Below, piece by piece: positions 49,279 to 61,803 of a DNA stretch of 64,000 nucleotides. The notes under the pieces were generated by a model that saw nothing but the letters and a program-made list of their open reading frames with translations, searched no databases and was not told the DNA's origin. Every line of letters starts with the position of its first letter. Position 1 is the stretch's first letter. The DNA comes from Betaproteobacteria bacterium UBA5216 (GTDB taxonomy: Bacteria; Pseudomonadota; Gammaproteobacteria; Burkholderiales; SG8-41), in assembly GCA_002412495.1 (NCBI GenBank), contig DHVE01000054.1, positions 2,419 through 66,418 on the forward strand, in the 5' to 3' direction. A program made the translations under genes and the position numbers.

Positions 49279-49920
49279 ATGACACTTGACGAATTACGAC
49301 GGCTGGATCCCAAGAAAATTGGCTCATGGCCGGTATTGCCTAAATTGGTGGTGCTCGGCGTCGTACTGCTGGTAATCCTCGGACTGGCATACTGGTTTGT
49401 GTGGCAAGACCAATTGGCCCAGAACGAATCCGAGCGCGCCAAGACCGAGCAACTGAAAACCACGTTTCTGGACAAGAAAAAAGTGGCTGTTGATTTACCT
49501 GCGTATCGCAAGCAGTTGGATGACATCGAAAAGCAATTTGGTGCGCTGTTGAAACAGTTGCCTGGCAAATCCGAGATGGACGCTTTGCTGACCGACATCA
49601 ATCAGGCTGGACTGGGACGCGGCCTGCAATTTGAACTCTTCAAGCCCGCACCCGCCGAAACCGTGAAGGATTTTTATGCGGAGTTGCCCATCACCATCCG
49701 CGTTACTGGCAATTACCATGATATCGGTGCGTTCGCTGGCGATATCGGCAAGCTCTCGCGTATCGTGACCCTCAATGACATTTCCATCAGCGGTCAAGGC
49801 ACCTTGGCGATGGATGCCACAGCCATGACATATCGCTATCTTGATGAAGCTGAAGTGGCACAAAAAAGGAGAGCAGCGGCGGCCTCGGCTAAGAAAGGCG
49901 CTCCGCCGCCCAAAAAATGA
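49279..49920 (+). CDS. pilO: type IV pilus assembly protein PilO
   Basis: N-terminal TM segment, coiled coil, and position in the operon. Confidence 0.85.
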   Translation: MTLDELRRLDPKKIGSWPVLPKLVVLGVVLLVILGLAYWFVWQDQLAQNESERAKTEQLKTTFLDKKKVAVDLPAYRKQLDDIEKQFGALLKQLPGKSEMDALLTDINQAGLGRGLQFELFKPAPAETVKDFYAELPITIRVTGNYHDIGAFAGDIGKLSRIVTLNDISISGQGTLAMDATAMTYRYLDEAEVAQKRRAAAASAKKGAPPPKK

Positions 49921-50429
49921 TGCGTAAATATCTCATACCGCTATTTGCATGTACCCTGCTATCGGCTTGCGGCGGTGAAAAGCATTCCGATTTGCGCGAG
50001 TTCGTTAAAAACTCGGACAATCTGCCGCGTGGTCGAATTCCGCCGTTGCCGGAAGTGCTGCCTTACGTGCCAGTCGAGTATACCGCTTTTGATCTGACCG
50101 ATCCGTTCAAGCCGCGAAAAATCGAGCCGCCGAAAGGCGCGGCCGTGGCAGGCGGTGTGCAACCCGACGTGAACCGCCGCCGCGAACCCTTGGAAGCGTA
50201 CCCACTTGAGGCGCTGAAAATGGTGGGAATTCTTAAGCAAAAGGGGTATTTCGCCCTGGTGAAAACCCCCGACAATAATTTGTTTCAGGTTAAATCTGGA
50301 AACTACTTGGGACAAAATTTCGGACGCATCACGGAAATTTCGGACGGCTCCATAAAACTCAGAGAAATCGTACAGGACAGCAATGGTAACTGGGAAGAAA
50401 AAGACCAGACCCTATTGCTGCAGGAATGA
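49917..50429 (+). CDS. pilP: type IV pilus assembly lipoprotein PilP
   Basis: Lipobox LLSAC. C-terminal ...YFALVKTPDNNLFQVKSGNYLGQNFGRI is PilP-like. ATGA overlap with the pilO stop. Confidence 0.8.
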   Translation: MMRKYLIPLFACTLLSACGGEKHSDLREFVKNSDNLPRGRIPPLPEVLPYVPVEYTAFDLTDPFKPRKIEPPKGAAVAGGVQPDVNRRREPLEAYPLEALKMVGILKQKGYFALVKTPDNNLFQVKSGNYLGQNFGRITEISDGSIKLREIVQDSNGNWEEKDQTLLLQE

Positions 50430-50442
50430 CCAGGAGAACAAG

Positions 50443-52500
50443 ATGAAAATTACCTATCCGTCGTTGTCTTTATCGTTGCGTGCGCGAAACTTCTTGCTCG
50501 CAATGCTGTTCGGAATCGGAGTGCATGCGGCAAATGCCCAGAACAGCATAGAGAGCATTAACGTATCTCCACAAAGTGGAGGCAAAGTGGTGGTTCGCGT
50601 GGGCTTGAAAGAAGCTCTGGCAACGCCCCCGGCAGGATTTACGGTAAACAATCCGCCGCGGCTGGCATTCGATTTTGCGAATACAGCCAATGCCATGGGC
50701 AAAAACGTACAGGACGTTTCCAATGCCGACGTGCGCCGTATCAATGTGGTGCAGGCCGGCAATCGTACGCGCATGGTTCTTGAACTGACTCGTGCGTTGA
50801 ACTATGAAACGCAGCTAGATGGCAAAGTAGTTCTTATCACGTTACAAGGAACAACGGCGGCGGAAGTGGGTGCTAGCGGCCAACGGTTTGCAGACACCGC
50901 TGTTATTGACCAAAAACATAGCTTGCGTAACGTCGATTTCCGTCGTGGTAGCGCGGGGGAGGGACGTGTCGTTATTGATCTGTCTGATAACCAGGTCGGC
51001 ATCGATTTACGGAAACAAGGCCGTTCAATTATTGTAGATTTCGTTAATTCTGACTTGCCGGCCAATCTGGCCAAGCGCTATGACGTTGCAGACTTTGGTA
51101 CGCCTGTCCAATTGATCGAGGCGACAAAACAAGGGAACAGTGCCCGCGTGGTGATTACGCCGACCGGCAATTGGGAGCATTCCGCGTATCAAGCCGACAA
51201 TCGCTTTATCGTGGAGGTGAAGCGGGTTGTGGAAGATCCGAATCGGCTGGTGCAGAAAGGGTTTGCCGGGGAAAAACTTTCTCTTAACTTTCAAAACGTC
51301 GAGGTTCGATCAGTATTGCAAGTGCTGGCTGATTTTACGGGCCTGAATATCATCACCAGTGATTCGGTGACCGGCAATTTGACGCTTCGGCTTAAAGATG
51401 TACCTTGGGATCAGGCCTTGGATATTATTCTGCGTAGCAAGGGCTTGGATATGCGCAAGGAAGGCACCGTCGTCTGGATTGCGCCGCGCGACGAACTGGC
51501 GACGCGTGAAAAATTGGCCCTAGAGTCACGTTCGCAGATATCTGATCTGGAGCCGATGCAGACCGAGCGATTCCAGATCAATTACCAGAAAGCTGATTTA
51601 ATTGTGCCGCAGCTTATCGGGACTGGCGGGGCCGCTGCTGCAAACCGTCTGCTGTCTAAGCGCGGTAGTGTCACCGTTGATGCTCGATCCAATCAGCTTT
51701 TTGTGCAGGACACGCCTTCGCGCCTTGAAGATGTGCGACGCCTGATTCGTGCCATCGATATCCCGGTGCGCCAGGTAATGATCGAGGCCCGGATAGTTGA
51801 AGCATCGGACACTTTCAGCCGTAATCTGGGCTCTCGCCTAAGTTATGTGGACAACACGGCGAATCAGATTGGTTTGCCGATAAACGGTTCAAACCCGTTA
51901 CGGCTAGGCGTTGGTGGAACTAGCAGTGCGCCAATTGGCGGCCCGGTGGGGACCTTGTCTACTGTTCTATTTAATAATAAACAAACCCGCTTTCTGAATC
52001 TTGAATTGACGGCGTTACAAGCAGACGGCAAGGGCAAGATAATTTCCAGCCCGCGGGTTATTACCTCTAACCAGTCCGAGGCGACCATTGAAGATGGCAC
52101 TGAGATTCCCTATCAGCAGGCGTCATCCAGCGGTGCAACAGCTGTATCGTTCAAAAAAGCCACGCTTTCACTTAAAGTAAAACCGCAGGTTACACCCGAC
52201 GATAACGTCATAATGACATTGCGAGTGAATAAGGATTCACGAGGCGAGGTCACAAATGGCGTGCCTGCTATCAACACAAAGCAGGTATCGACAGAGGTGT
52301 TGGTGGAAAACGGAGGTACCGTAGTTCTCGGGGGCATCTACACCTCTGAAGAGCGATCCGACACGTCCAAGGTGCCGGTGTTGGGTGATTTACCTTACGT
52401 GGGCTTTCTGTTCAAGAACAACCAAAAGGTGGATGATCGGCGCGAGTTACTGGTATTTATCTCACCGAAAATCCTCAAAGATAATCTGAACGTGCGGTAG
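50443..52500 (+). CDS. pilQ: type IV pilus secretin PilQ
   Basis: Signal peptide, AMIN-like N-terminal repeats, and secretin C-domain (VLVENGGTVVLGGI...VPVLGDLPYVGFLFK). ATG at 50443. Confidence 0.9.
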   Translation: MKITYPSLSLSLRARNFLLAMLFGIGVHAANAQNSIESINVSPQSGGKVVVRVGLKEALATPPAGFTVNNPPRLAFDFANTANAMGKNVQDVSNADVRRINVVQAGNRTRMVLELTRALNYETQLDGKVVLITLQGTTAAEVGASGQRFADTAVIDQKHSLRNVDFRRGSAGEGRVVIDLSDNQVGIDLRKQGRSIIVDFVNSDLPANLAKRYDVADFGTPVQLIEATKQGNSARVVITPTGNWEHSAYQADNRFIVEVKRVVEDPNRLVQKGFAGEKLSLNFQNVEVRSVLQVLADFTGLNIITSDSVTGNLTLRLKDVPWDQALDIILRSKGLDMRKEGTVVWIAPRDELATREKLALESRSQISDLEPMQTERFQINYQKADLIVPQLIGTGGAAAANRLLSKRGSVTVDARSNQLFVQDTPSRLEDVRRLIRAIDIPVRQVMIEARIVEASDTFSRNLGSRLSYVDNTANQIGLPINGSNPLRLGVGGTSSAPIGGPVGTLSTVLFNNKQTRFLNLELTALQADGKGKIISSPRVITSNQSEATIEDGTEIPYQQASSSGATAVSFKKATLSLKVKPQVTPDDNVIMTLRVNKDSRGEVTNGVPAINTKQVSTEVLVENGGTVVLGGIYTSEERSDTSKVPVLGDLPYVGFLFKNNQKVDDRRELLVFISPKILKDNLNVR

Positions 52501-52538
52501 CGGATAGTTAGAGAAGGCGCGTTCATAGGCAATAGATT

Positions 52539-52569
52539 ACGCGGCATCCGAAGATGCCGCGTTGTTTTT
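52539..52569 (+). terminator. rho-independent terminator after pilQ
   Basis: ACGCGGCATC-cgaa-GATGCCGCGT followed by tgttttt: perfect 10-bp stem. Confidence 0.75.
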
Positions 52570-52637
52570 GGAGCACTGGAATTCGATGCCAAAATACCAA
52601 GGCGCGACGGGATCATCGAATCGGCTAGAATCCGCCC

Positions 52638-53213
52638 ATGAATGCTACAGAACCCCCGCCCCAATTTGTGATCTCCGGTGAAAACATTATCCTAGTCGGC
52701 CTAATGGGTGCCGGGAAAACCTCGGTAGGCAAGGCATTGGCGCGCATTCTAGGTAAGACCTTTGTTGACTCGGATCAGGAAATCGAACGCGCCACGGGCG
52801 TAAGAATCCCCCACATATTCGAGATCGAAGGTGAAGCGGGTTTCCGCGCGCGCGAGAGCAAGATGTTGGTGGAACTCGCGCAGCTCCGCAACATTGTTCT
52901 GGCCACCGGCGGCGGTGCTGTATTGGCTAAAGCAAATCGTGATTTGTTGGCCGCCAGCGGCACCGTGATTTACCTGCACGCGCCCGTGCGGTCTCTGGTC
53001 AAACGCACGAGGCGAGATCGCAACCGACCGCTGCTGCAGGTGCCTGATCCCGCCGCCAAGCTCACGGTATTGTACGAGCAGCGAGATCCACTGTATCGCG
53101 AAGTGGCGCACCTGATCGTGGATACCGGTGATCAGAGCGTGCGGGTGCTCGCGGGTCAGATTGAGGCTAAACTTCACGAACTCACCACCCCGGCCGCGCC
53201 CACAACGACCTGA
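52638..53213 (+). CDS. aroK: shikimate kinase
   Basis: Walker [19 protein letters not shown], and GGG motifs. Confidence 0.9.
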   Translation: MNATEPPPQFVISGENIILVGLMGAGKTSVGKALARILGKTFVDSDQEIERATGVRIPHIFEIEGEAGFRARESKMLVELAQLRNIVLATGGGAVLAKANRDLLAASGTVIYLHAPVRSLVKRTRRDRNRPLLQVPDPAAKLTVLYEQRDPLYREVAHLIVDTGDQSVRVLAGQIEAKLHELTTPAAPTTT

Positions 53214-53217
53214 TTTC

Positions 53218-54309
53218 ATGCACACTCTATCCGTAGACCTCGGCAATCGCAGCTACCCAATCCATATTGGCTCGGGACTTTACACGCAAGAGCGGCTCAT
53301 ACCGGGGAAGCTGCTAGCGGGGAAAGCCGTTGTTATCACCAATGAAACGATCGCCCCGATCTACCTGGAGCCGTTGCTCGCCTCGCTGCGCGCCCGTGAG
53401 ACCGCGGTTATCCCGATTGTGCTGCCGGACGGTGAAGCCTATAAAAGTTGGGAAACGCTGAACAAGATTTTTGACGCATTGCTCTCGAATCGCTGCGAGC
53501 GCAAGACGCCCTTGATCGCGCTCGGCGGCGGCGTCATCGGCGATCTTACGGGTTTTGCCGCCGCGACCTATCAACGTGGCGTACCTTTTATTCAGATCCC
53601 TACGACGCTACTGGCGCAGGTGGATTCCGCCGTCGGCGGCAAGACCGCCATCAATCATCCGCTGGGCAAAAACATGATCGGCGCGTTTTATCAGCCACAG
53701 GTGGTAATTGCGGACATGGACACGCTGCGCACTCTGCCCCCGCGCGAACTCGCCGCAGGTCTCGCTGAAGTCATCAAGTACGGATTTATCCGGGATTCCG
53801 AGTTTCTCGACTGGCTGGAAAAAAACATAGACCGGCTGAACGCGCTGGAGCCAGAAGCACTTGCTTTTGCCGTCGAACGATCCTGTCAGAATAAGGCCGA
53901 AGTCGTCGCCAGCGACGAACGCGAAACGGGGGATCGCGCGTTGCTGAATTTCGGGCACACGTTTGGGCACGCGATTGAAGCGGGCATGGGGTATGGCACC
54001 TGGCTGCACGGCGAAGCGGTAGCGGCGGGCATGGTCATGGCGGCGAGATTTTCCGAGAAACTCGGCTTGATCAACAAAGCCGATGTTCAGCGCGTGGTGG
54101 ATATTCTGTTGCGCGCCAAACTCCCCGTTGCCGCGCCGGAACTGGGTGCCGACCGCTACCTCGATCTTATGGGGCACGATAAAAAGGTTGAAGGCGGCAA
54201 GATCAAATTCATTCTCCTGAAAACCCCCGGCGAAGCCTTTATCAGCAACCAGTACGACGCAGCCGCGCTCTCCGGCGTGCTCTCCACGCCCGCGGAAATC
54301 CATGCTTAA
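53218..54309 (+). CDS. aroB: 3-dehydroquinate synthase
   Basis: [20 protein letters not shown]...[10 protein letters not shown]...[14 protein letters not shown] at 53218. Confidence 0.9.
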   Translation: MHTLSVDLGNRSYPIHIGSGLYTQERLIPGKLLAGKAVVITNETIAPIYLEPLLASLRARETAVIPIVLPDGEAYKSWETLNKIFDALLSNRCERKTPLIALGGGVIGDLTGFAAATYQRGVPFIQIPTTLLAQVDSAVGGKTAINHPLGKNMIGAFYQPQVVIADMDTLRTLPPRELAAGLAEVIKYGFIRDSEFLDWLEKNIDRLNALEPEALAFAVERSCQNKAEVVASDERETGDRALLNFGHTFGHAIEAGMGYGTWLHGEAVAAGMVMAARFSEKLGLINKADVQRVVDILLRAKLPVAAPELGADRYLDLMGHDKKVEGGKIKFILLKTPGEAFISNQYDAAALSGVLSTPAEIHA

Positions 54310-55423
54310 AGTCGCGCCCTATGCCGCGCAAGCGGCGGCCACCAGCGGCCGCCTGCATCGCGAGCCCGCAGCGCAGGGCCGCAGTGAATTTCAGCGTGAT
54401 CGAGACCGCATCATTCACTCCACCGCGTTTCGGCGGCTCGAATACAAGACCCAGGTATTCGTGAACCACGAAGGCGATTTGTTCCGAACCCGTCTGACGC
54501 ACAGCCTGGAGGTCGCGCAAATTTCGCGCTCCATCGCGCGCCAGTTGAATCTGGATGAAGACCTCACCGAGGCTATTACGCTGGCGCACGATCTCGGCCA
54601 CACACCCTTCGGCCATGCCGGGCAAGATGCCCTGAATACCTGCATGAAACCCTATGGCGGCTTCGAGCACAATCTGCAAAGTCTGCGCGTGGTCGATCAT
54701 CTCGAACAGCGCTACGGCGGTTTTGACGGCCTCAATCTCACGTTTGAAACCCGCGAAGGCATCTTGAAGCATTGCTCGCGAAAAAATGCGTTGCAACTCG
54801 GCGCAGTGGGCGAACGTTTCATCAAACGGCGGCGCCCTTCGCTCGAAGCCCAACTCGTCAACCTGTCAGACGAACTGGCCTACAACAATCACGATGTAGA
54901 CGATGGCTTGCGTTCCGGATTGGTTACGTTGGAGCAGCTTTCCACCGTGCCAATTTTTTACCGCCATCGCGAACAGGCGCTCAAGGAATTCCCAAAGATC
55001 AATGGCCGCCGCCTGATCCACGAAACCGTCCGCCGTATGATCAGCACCTTGGTGTCTGATCTCACGCGCCAGAGCGCGACCAATATTCGCGCTCTGACGC
55101 CCAAGTCGGTGGAAGACGTGCGGCGCGCGCCGGCACTGATAGCCTTCAGTCCGCGCATCGAAAAGGAGCAGCTTGAATTGAAGCAATTCCTGCGCGTCAA
55201 TCTCTATCAGCACTATCGCGTGGCGCGCATGAGCAGCAAGGCGCGGCGCATCATCACCGAATTGTTCGACGCCCTGCTCGCCGAACCCAAGCTGCTGCCG
55301 CCCGATTTTCAGGCGCGGGCCCGTGACGACAAACCGCGCGCCATCGCCGATTACATCGCTGGCATGACAGACCGCTACGCCATGCTGGAACACCGCCGGC
55401 TGTTCGCCGTGGAGCCCGTCTAA
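54302..55423 (+). CDS. dgt: dGTPase-like HD-domain triphosphohydrolase
   Basis: [24 protein letters not shown]...[13 protein letters not shown]...[10 protein letters not shown]. Conserved aroKB-dgt context. Confidence 0.85.
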   Translation: MLKVAPYAAQAAATSGRLHREPAAQGRSEFQRDRDRIIHSTAFRRLEYKTQVFVNHEGDLFRTRLTHSLEVAQISRSIARQLNLDEDLTEAITLAHDLGHTPFGHAGQDALNTCMKPYGGFEHNLQSLRVVDHLEQRYGGFDGLNLTFETREGILKHCSRKNALQLGAVGERFIKRRRPSLEAQLVNLSDELAYNNHDVDDGLRSGLVTLEQLSTVPIFYRHREQALKEFPKINGRRLIHETVRRMISTLVSDLTRQSATNIRALTPKSVEDVRRAPALIAFSPRIEKEQLELKQFLRVNLYQHYRVARMSSKARRIITELFDALLAEPKLLPPDFQARARDDKPRAIADYIAGMTDRYAMLEHRRLFAVEPV

Positions 55424-55588
55424 ACCGTGTCGAATCCACTGCTGACGCCAAAAATTCCCTATTGAAGCAAGGGCTTGGTACCGGTAGACTTGTAGGGTTT
55501 CACCCCTTTATTTTTGGTTCCGCTGCGGTATTTTTGTGGCGGCGCAATAGTTTTCACTTAAGCAATTGTTTTTATTGAATATTTGGTG

Positions 55589-58500
55589 ATGCCCATGAAC
55601 CCGGATTCTGTGAGCGATTGTTACCCGCCCGCTGCCCAAGGTCTGTACGACCCGGCCAACGAACATGATGCCTGTGGCGTCGGTTTTGTTGCGAACATCA
55701 AGGGCAAGAAAAGCCACGAAATCATCGAGCAAGGTCTCACCATCCTGAAAAACCTCACCCATCGCGGCGCGGTGGGCGCGGACCCCAAGGCGTCCGACGG
55801 CGCAGGCATTTTGATCCAGATGCCCGACACTTTTTTCCGTCAGGAGATGGCCAAGCAGGGCGTGAAGCTGCCGCCGTTCGGGCAGTACGGCGTGGGCATG
55901 GTGTTTCTGCCGCGCGAACCGGCCTCGCGATTTGCCTGCGAATACGAAATCGAACGCGCGATCAAGGATGAAGGCCAGGTGCTGCTCGGTTGGCGCGATG
56001 TGCCCGTCGATAACACCGATCTGGGTGAATCCGTAAAAAAGATCGAACCGGTCATCCGCCAGGTGTTCGTCAAGCGCGGCTCCGGCGTCACCGTGACCGA
56101 CGCCCTGGAGCGCAAGCTCTACGTCATCCGCAAGGCTTCTGGCCACGCCATTCAGGCGCTGCATCTGAAGCACGGCTCGGAGTTTTATGTGTCGTCGTTT
56201 TCCGCGCGCACCGTGGTGTACAAGGGCATGCTGATGGCCAATCAGGTCGGCGTGTTCTATAAGGATTTACAAGACGCGCGCGTCGTGTCGGCGCTCGCGC
56301 TGATACACCAGCGCTTTTCGACCAACACGTTTCCCACGTGGGATTTGGCACACCCGTTTCGCATGATCGCGCACAACGGCGAGATCAACACACTGCGCGG
56401 TAACGTCAACTGGATACGCGCGCGGCAAGGCGCGATATCGAGTCCGATCCTCGGCGACGATCTCCAGAAACTTTGGCCGCTGATCTATCCGGGCCAATCC
56501 GATTCCGCGTCGTTCGACAACGCGCTGGAGTTGCTGGTGATGAGCGGCTACTCGATAGCGCACGCCGTGATGATGATGATTCCCGAAGCATGGGAAGGCC
56601 ACGCGCTGATGGACGCCAGCCGCCGCGCGTTCTACGAATATCACGCCGCAATGATGGAGCCGTGGGACGGACCCGCCGCGATAGCCTTTACCGATGGTCG
56701 CCAGATCGGCGCTACGCTCGATCGAAATGGCTTGCGCCCGGCGCGTTATATTGTCACCAGCGATGATCTGGTGGTAATGGGTTCGGAGTGCGGCTGCCTG
56801 AACATTCCTGAAGAAAAAATCATCAAGAAGTGGCGCTTGCAGCCGGGCAAAATGTTCCTGGTGGACCTCGAAAAAGGCCGCATCGTTGACGACAACGAGC
56901 TAAAGGAAACGCTCGCGTCGACCAAGCCGTACGCCGAATGGATCGATCGCATCCGAGTCAAACTGGATGACGTTGAAAGCGACAAGGCGCAGCCGGAACG
57001 CAGTGATGTGTCGTTGCTCGACCGCCAACAGGCCTTCGGCTGGACGCAGGAAGAACTGAAGTTCCTGCTGATGCCCATGGCCAACAACGGCGAAGAGGCC
57101 ATCGGCTCCATGGGCAATGATTCGCCCATGGCTGTTTTATCCAATAAAAACAAAACCTTATATCACTACTTCAAGCAGCTGTTCGCGCAGGTGACGAACC
57201 CGCCGATAGATCCAATACGTGAAGAGCTAGTGACTTCGCTGGTGTCGTTTATCGGGCCGAAGCCCAACCTGCTCGGCATCGACGAAACCAATCCACCGAT
57301 TCGGCTCGAAGTCAGCCAGCCCGTGCTCGATTTTTATGAGATGGAAAAAATCCGTCATATTGATCGCTACACCGACGGCAAATTCAAGTCGTGCGAACTC
57401 GACGTCACCTACCCGCTGGCGTGGGGCAACGAGGCCATCGAAGCGCGACTGGCAAGCCTCGCCGCACAGGCCGAAGACGCCGTGCGCACGGGCTACTCGA
57501 TCCTTATTCTGTCTGATCGCAAGGTTAACCGCGACAACGTGGCCATACCTGCATTGCTGGCGTTGTCGGCGATTCATCAGCATTTGACGGATAAAGGCTT
57601 GCGTACCAGCGCCGGCTTGGTTGTTGAAACCGGCAGTGCGCGCGAGGTGCATCACTTCGCATTGCTCGGCGGTTACGGCGCGGAAGCCGTGCATCCTTAT
57701 CTCGCGATGGAAACGCTGCTGGATCTCGCCGAAAGCAAGCAACTCGGCGCCGATGTCGACGGCAAAAAAGCCATCAAGAATTTCGTCAAGGCCGTGGGCA
57801 AGGGCTTGCGCAAAGTGATGTCCAAGATGGGCATCTCGACGTATATGTCGTACACCGGCGCGCAGATATTCGAAGCCGTGGGCCTGGCTAAGGTTCTGGT
57901 GGATAAATATTTCACCGGCACCACGTCGAACGTGGAAGGCATAGGGCTCTTTCGCGTGGCCGAAGAAGCGATCCGCACCCATCGCGCTGCATTCGGCAAC
58001 GACCCAGTGCTCGCGGGTGCGCTCGACGCGGGCGGCGAATATGCCTGGCGCGTGCGCGGCGAAGAACACATGTGGACGCCGGACGCCATCGCCAAGTTGC
58101 AGCACGCGACACGGCAAAAAAGTTATTCCAGCTTCAAGGAATACACACAGATTATCGATGATCAATCCAAGCGGCACATGACGTTTCGAGGGCTGTTCGA
58201 ATTCAAATTCGACCAATGCAAACCCGTGCCGATTGAAGAAGTGGAGTCTGCCGCGGACATAGTCAAACGGTTCTCCACGGGTGCGATGTCGCTCGGCTCG
58301 ATTTCCACCGAGGCGCACACCTCGCTCGCCATCGCCATGAACCGCATCGGTGGCAAATCCAACACTGGCGAGGGCGGCGAAGATCGCAATCGTTTTGCGC
58401 CGGTGAAAGCCGGTGAAACGCTGCAATCCAAATTAGGCGCGGCGCGCGTGGAGAACTTCGCCGAAATTCACGAAGGTGATTCGCTCAAGTCGAAAATCAA

Positions 58501-60265
58501 GCAGGTGGCTTCGGGACGTTTCGGTGTAACCGCCGAATATTTATCGAGCGCGGAACAAATCCAGATCAAGATGGCGCAGGGCGCCAAGCCCGGTGAGGGC
58601 GGCCAATTACCCGGCAAAAAAGTGTCGGAGTACATCGCCGAGCTGCGTTACTCCACGCCCGGCGTCGAGCTCATTTCGCCGCCGCCACATCATGATATTT
58701 ATTCGATTGAAGATCTCGCACAACTGATTCACGATCTGAAAAACGGCAACCCCAAGGCGTCCATTAGCGTGAAACTGGTTTCCGAAATCGGCGTGGGCAC
58801 GGTGGCCGCGGGCGTCGCAAAGGCCAAGGCGGATCACGTTACCATTTCCGGTCACGACGGCGGTACGGGCGCGTCGCCCTGGTCGTCGATCAAGCACGCG
58901 GGCACGTCGTGGGAACTGGGTCTGGCCGAAACGCAACAAACGTTGGTGCTCAACAAGCTGCGCAGCCGCATTGCCGTTCAAGTCGATGGCCAACTAAAAA
59001 CGGGTCGTGACGTGGTGATCGGCGCGCTGCTGGGTGCGGACGAATTTGGTTTCGCCACGGCGCCGCTGGTCACGCAGGGCTGCATCATGATGCGCAAATG
59101 CCATCTCAATACCTGCCCGGTCGGCGTGGCCACGCAGGATCCAGTGCTGCGCAAAAAATTCACCGGCAAGCCCGAGCACGTGATCAATTTCTTTTTCTTT
59201 ATTGCCGAAGAAATTCGCGAGTTGATGGCGCAACTGGGCGTGCGCAAATTCAATGAGCTGATCGGGCGTTCGGATTTGCTCGACATGCAAAAAGGCGTCA
59301 CGCACTGGAAAGCCCTGAGCCTGGATTTCACGCGCATATTCGCGCAGCCTAAAGTCAGCCCGGACGTGTCGCGCTTCCACTGCGAAACGCAGGATCACGG
59401 CCTCGACAAGGCCATCGATATGCGCCTGATCGAGCTTGCGCAGCCGGCATTGACCCAGGGCGAAAAGGTCACGATCGACATGCCGATCCGCAACATCAAC
59501 CGTACGGTCGGCACCATGCTGTCGCACGAAGTCGCCCGGCGGTATCAGCACGCCGGGTTGCCGGACGACACCATTCACGTGCGTTTTGCAGGATCCGCCG
59601 GCCAAAGTTTCGGCGCATTCCTCGCGCGCGGGGTGACGCTCGATTTGATCGGCGACACCAATGACTATTGCGGCAAAGGCTTGTCCGGCGGGCGCGTCAG
59701 CGTGCAGCCGTCACCCAAGTTCAAGGGCGATCCCACGGAAAATATCATTACCGGCAATGCGGTATTGTATGGCGCGATTGAAGGCGAAGCCTATTTCCGC
59801 GGCGTGGCGGGCGAGCGTTTTGCGGTGCGTAACTCTGGCGCGCATGCGGTGGTCGAAGGCGTCGGCGATCACGGCTGTGAATACATGACCGGGGGCACGA
59901 TCGTGGTGCTGGGCATGACCGGGCGCAATTTCGCGGCGGGCATGTCGGGCGGCATCGCGTATGTGTATAACGACAGCGGCGTTTTCGAGCGGTACTGCAA
60001 CGGCGCGATGGTCAAGCTTGAGCCGGTGCTCACCGAAAAAGAACAGGAGGCCAGGATCGCGTGCGAGTTGTGGCATCGCGGACTGAGCGACGAAGCGCAG
60101 CTCAAGCAAATGATCGACGCGCATGCGCGCAACACCGGCAGCGCGCGCGCCAAGGCGATATTGGATAACTGGGCCGCCGAGCGCGCAAAATTCGTGAAAG
60201 TGTTCCCGCACGAATACCGCCGCGCACTCGGCGAACTGGCCGCAAGCCACAAAAAAGTCGCTTAA
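55589..60265 (+). CDS. gltB: glutamate synthase large subunit
   Basis: Ntn amidotransferase Cys in [15 protein letters not shown], an FMN/Fe-S central domain, and a C-terminal GXGXG domain. About 1558 aa. Start is ATG 55589 or 55595. Confidence 0.95.
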   Translation: MPMNPDSVSDCYPPAAQGLYDPANEHDACGVGFVANIKGKKSHEIIEQGLTILKNLTHRGAVGADPKASDGAGILIQMPDTFFRQEMAKQGVKLPPFGQYGVGMVFLPREPASRFACEYEIERAIKDEGQVLLGWRDVPVDNTDLGESVKKIEPVIRQVFVKRGSGVTVTDALERKLYVIRKASGHAIQALHLKHGSEFYVSSFSARTVVYKGMLMANQVGVFYKDLQDARVVSALALIHQRFSTNTFPTWDLAHPFRMIAHNGEINTLRGNVNWIRARQGAISSPILGDDLQKLWPLIYPGQSDSASFDNALELLVMSGYSIAHAVMMMIPEAWEGHALMDASRRAFYEYHAAMMEPWDGPAAIAFTDGRQIGATLDRNGLRPARYIVTSDDLVVMGSECGCLNIPEEKIIKKWRLQPGKMFLVDLEKGRIVDDNELKETLASTKPYAEWIDRIRVKLDDVESDKAQPERSDVSLLDRQQAFGWTQEELKFLLMPMANNGEEAIGSMGNDSPMAVLSNKNKTLYHYFKQLFAQVTNPPIDPIREELVTSLVSFIGPKPNLLGIDETNPPIRLEVSQPVLDFYEMEKIRHIDRYTDGKFKSCELDVTYPLAWGNEAIEARLASLAAQAEDAVRTGYSILILSDRKVNRDNVAIPALLALSAIHQHLTDKGLRTSAGLVVETGSAREVHHFALLGGYGAEAVHPYLAMETLLDLAESKQLGADVDGKKAIKNFVKAVGKGLRKVMSKMGISTYMSYTGAQIFEAVGLAKVLVDKYFTGTTSNVEGIGLFRVAEEAIRTHRAAFGNDPVLAGALDAGGEYAWRVRGEEHMWTPDAIAKLQHATRQKSYSSFKEYTQIIDDQSKRHMTFRGLFEFKFDQCKPVPIEEVESAADIVKRFSTGAMSLGSISTEAHTSLAIAMNRIGGKSNTGEGGEDRNRFAPVKAGETLQSKLGAARVENFAEIHEGDSLKSKIKQVASGRFGVTAEYLSSAEQIQIKMAQGAKPGEGGQLPGKKVSEYIAELRYSTPGVELISPPPHHDIYSIEDLAQLIHDLKNGNPKASISVKLVSEIGVGTVAAGVAKAKADHVTISGHDGGTGASPWSSIKHAGTSWELGLAETQQTLVLNKLRSRIAVQVDGQLKTGRDVVIGALLGADEFGFATAPLVTQGCIMMRKCHLNTCPVGVATQDPVLRKKFTGKPEHVINFFFFIAEEIRELMAQLGVRKFNELIGRSDLLDMQKGVTHWKALSLDFTRIFAQPKVSPDVSRFHCETQDHGLDKAIDMRLIELAQPALTQGEKVTIDMPIRNINRTVGTMLSHEVARRYQHAGLPDDTIHVRFAGSAGQSFGAFLARGVTLDLIGDTNDYCGKGLSGGRVSVQPSPKFKGDPTENIITGNAVLYGAIEGEAYFRGVAGERFAVRNSGAHAVVEGVGDHGCEYMTGGTIVVLGMTGRNFAAGMSGGIAYVYNDSGVFERYCNGAMVKLEPVLTEKEQEARIACELWHRGLSDEAQLKQMIDAHARNTGSARAKAILDNWAAERAKFVKVFPHEYRRALGELAASHKKVA

Positions 60266-60291
60266 AAACATAAACTGACGGTAATACGGCC

Positions 60292-61722
60292 ATGGGTAAA
60301 ATCACCGGATTTCTGGAATACGAGCGACTCATCGAAGTCGCCGAAGACAAGAGCACGCGCATCAAGCACTACCGCGAATTCGTTGGTCATTTGAGCGACG
60401 AGCAAGCGAGCGTGCAGGGCGCGCGCTGCATGGACTGCGGCACACCGTTTTGCATGAGTGGCTGCCCGATCAACAACATCATTCCCGACTGGAACGATCT
60501 TGTTTACAAGCAGAACTGGCGCGCCGCACTCGATACGCTGCACTCGACGAATAACTTTCCGGAATTCACCGGTCGCGTGTGTCCTGCGCCGTGTGAAGAA
60601 GCCTGCACACTGCGCATCAATACCGATCCGGTCGGCATCAAATCCATCGAACACGCGATCATCGACAAGGGTTGGGAAAACGGCTGGGTTGTGCCGCAAC
60701 CGCCGAAACAAAAAACGGGAAAACGCGTGGCGGTGATCGGCTCCGGCCCGTCCGGCATGGCGTGCGCGCAGCAACTGGCGCGCGCCGGGCATGATGTGGT
60801 GTTGTTCGAAAAGAATGATCGCGTTGGTGGCCTGCTGCGCTATGGTATTCCCGATTTCAAGATGGAAAAGCAGTTCATCGACCGACGCGTGGAGCAGATG
60901 AAGGCCGAAGGAGTTGAAGTGCGTGTCAATCAGCACGTCGGCGCGAGCGGCAGCAACGGCGTGGACGCCAAAAAGCTGCTGGCGGAGTTTGACGCCGTGG
61001 TGATGTCCGGCGGCGCGGAAACGCCGCGCGATCTGCCGGTGCCGGGCCGCGAGTTGGCCGGCGTGCATTTCGCGATGGAGTTTTTGCCGCAACAAAACAA
61101 AGTCGTTGCGGGCGACAAAGTGCCGGATCAAATCATGGCCACCGGCAAGCATGTGGTGGTGATTGGCGGCGGCGACACCGGCTCTGACTGCGTGGGCACC
61201 TCCAATCGTCACGGCGCAAAATCGATTGCGCAATTCGAGTTGCTGGGCAAGCCGGATGATCCTCTGCGCAATCCCGTGTGGCCGTACTGGCCGACGCGAC
61301 TGCGAACCTCGTCGTCGCACGAAGAAGGCGCGAATCGCGATTGGTCGATTGCCACCAAATCCTTCGTTGGCGAGAATGGCAAAGTCAAAGCGTTGAAAGC
61401 CGTGCGCCTGAAGTGGGAGGGTGGCAAAATGAGTGAAGTGCCCAGCTCCGAATTTGAAATGCCCGCCGACCTGGTGCTGCTCGCCATGGGCTTTCTGGGT
61501 CCCACGCAAAAAGGCCTGCTCGAACAACTCGGCGTCGAGAAAGATGCGCGCAGCAACGTGAAAGCCGACACCGACAAATATCAGACCTCGGTTGCCAAGG
61601 TATTCGCTGCGGGTGACATGCGCCGCGGACAATCGCTCGTGGTATGGGCGATCCGCGAAGGGCGGCAGTGCGCGCGCGCGGTGGATGAATTTCTCATGGG
61701 AACGTCGGACTTACCGAGGTAA
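60292..61722 (+). CDS. gltD: glutamate synthase small subunit (NADPH)
   Basis: Cys clusters CMDCGTPFC / CPAPCEEAC and [22 protein letters not shown]. Confidence 0.95.
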   Translation: MGKITGFLEYERLIEVAEDKSTRIKHYREFVGHLSDEQASVQGARCMDCGTPFCMSGCPINNIIPDWNDLVYKQNWRAALDTLHSTNNFPEFTGRVCPAPCEEACTLRINTDPVGIKSIEHAIIDKGWENGWVVPQPPKQKTGKRVAVIGSGPSGMACAQQLARAGHDVVLFEKNDRVGGLLRYGIPDFKMEKQFIDRRVEQMKAEGVEVRVNQHVGASGSNGVDAKKLLAEFDAVVMSGGAETPRDLPVPGRELAGVHFAMEFLPQQNKVVAGDKVPDQIMATGKHVVVIGGGDTGSDCVGTSNRHGAKSIAQFELLGKPDDPLRNPVWPYWPTRLRTSSSHEEGANRDWSIATKSFVGENGKVKALKAVRLKWEGGKMSEVPSSEFEMPADLVLLAMGFLGPTQKGLLEQLGVEKDARSNVKADTDKYQTSVAKVFAAGDMRRGQSLVVWAIREGRQCARAVDEFLMGTSDLPR

Positions 61723-61733
61723 ACCGTAAGGTG

Positions 61734-61786
61734 AAGGCGTGAGGCGTGAGGCGATCCGTGGTGATGCGCCGCACGCCTTACGCCTT
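61734..61786. other. 20-bp-stem hairpin built from tandem heptamers (gltD-hemE spacer)
   Basis: Nt 61734-61753 pair with 61767-61786 (one mismatch, one G:U) around a 13-nt loop. The arms contain ggcgtga x2 and cgcctta x2. No T-run follows. Confidence 0.6.
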
Positions 61787-61803
61787 ACGCCCTGCGCCAT
61801 TCA

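Noticed and set aside
47576-52500. pilMNOPQ block has visibly lower G+C than its surroundings (one pilQ line hand-counted at 45%); possible horizontally acquired island
   Set aside because: The gene order ponA<>pilMNOPQ-aroKB is the conserved core arrangement, and no mobility genes or repeats flank it. A compositional offset of pilus genes is common and is not evidence of recent transfer.
54302-55423. dGTPase-like HD hydrolase as a possible anti-phage dNTP-depletion gene
   Set aside because: It overlaps the aroB stop and sits in the conserved pilQ-aroK-aroB-dgt-gltB core arrangement with host-like composition. It looks like the housekeeping dgt-like paralog, not an island gene.
57227-58426. 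399-aa ORF antisense to gltB (similar cases: 58994..59605, 59711..60271, and 60262..61632 antisense to gltD)
   Set aside because: These are shadow frames inside very strongly supported glutamate synthase genes, with a His/Arg/Ala-rich composition.
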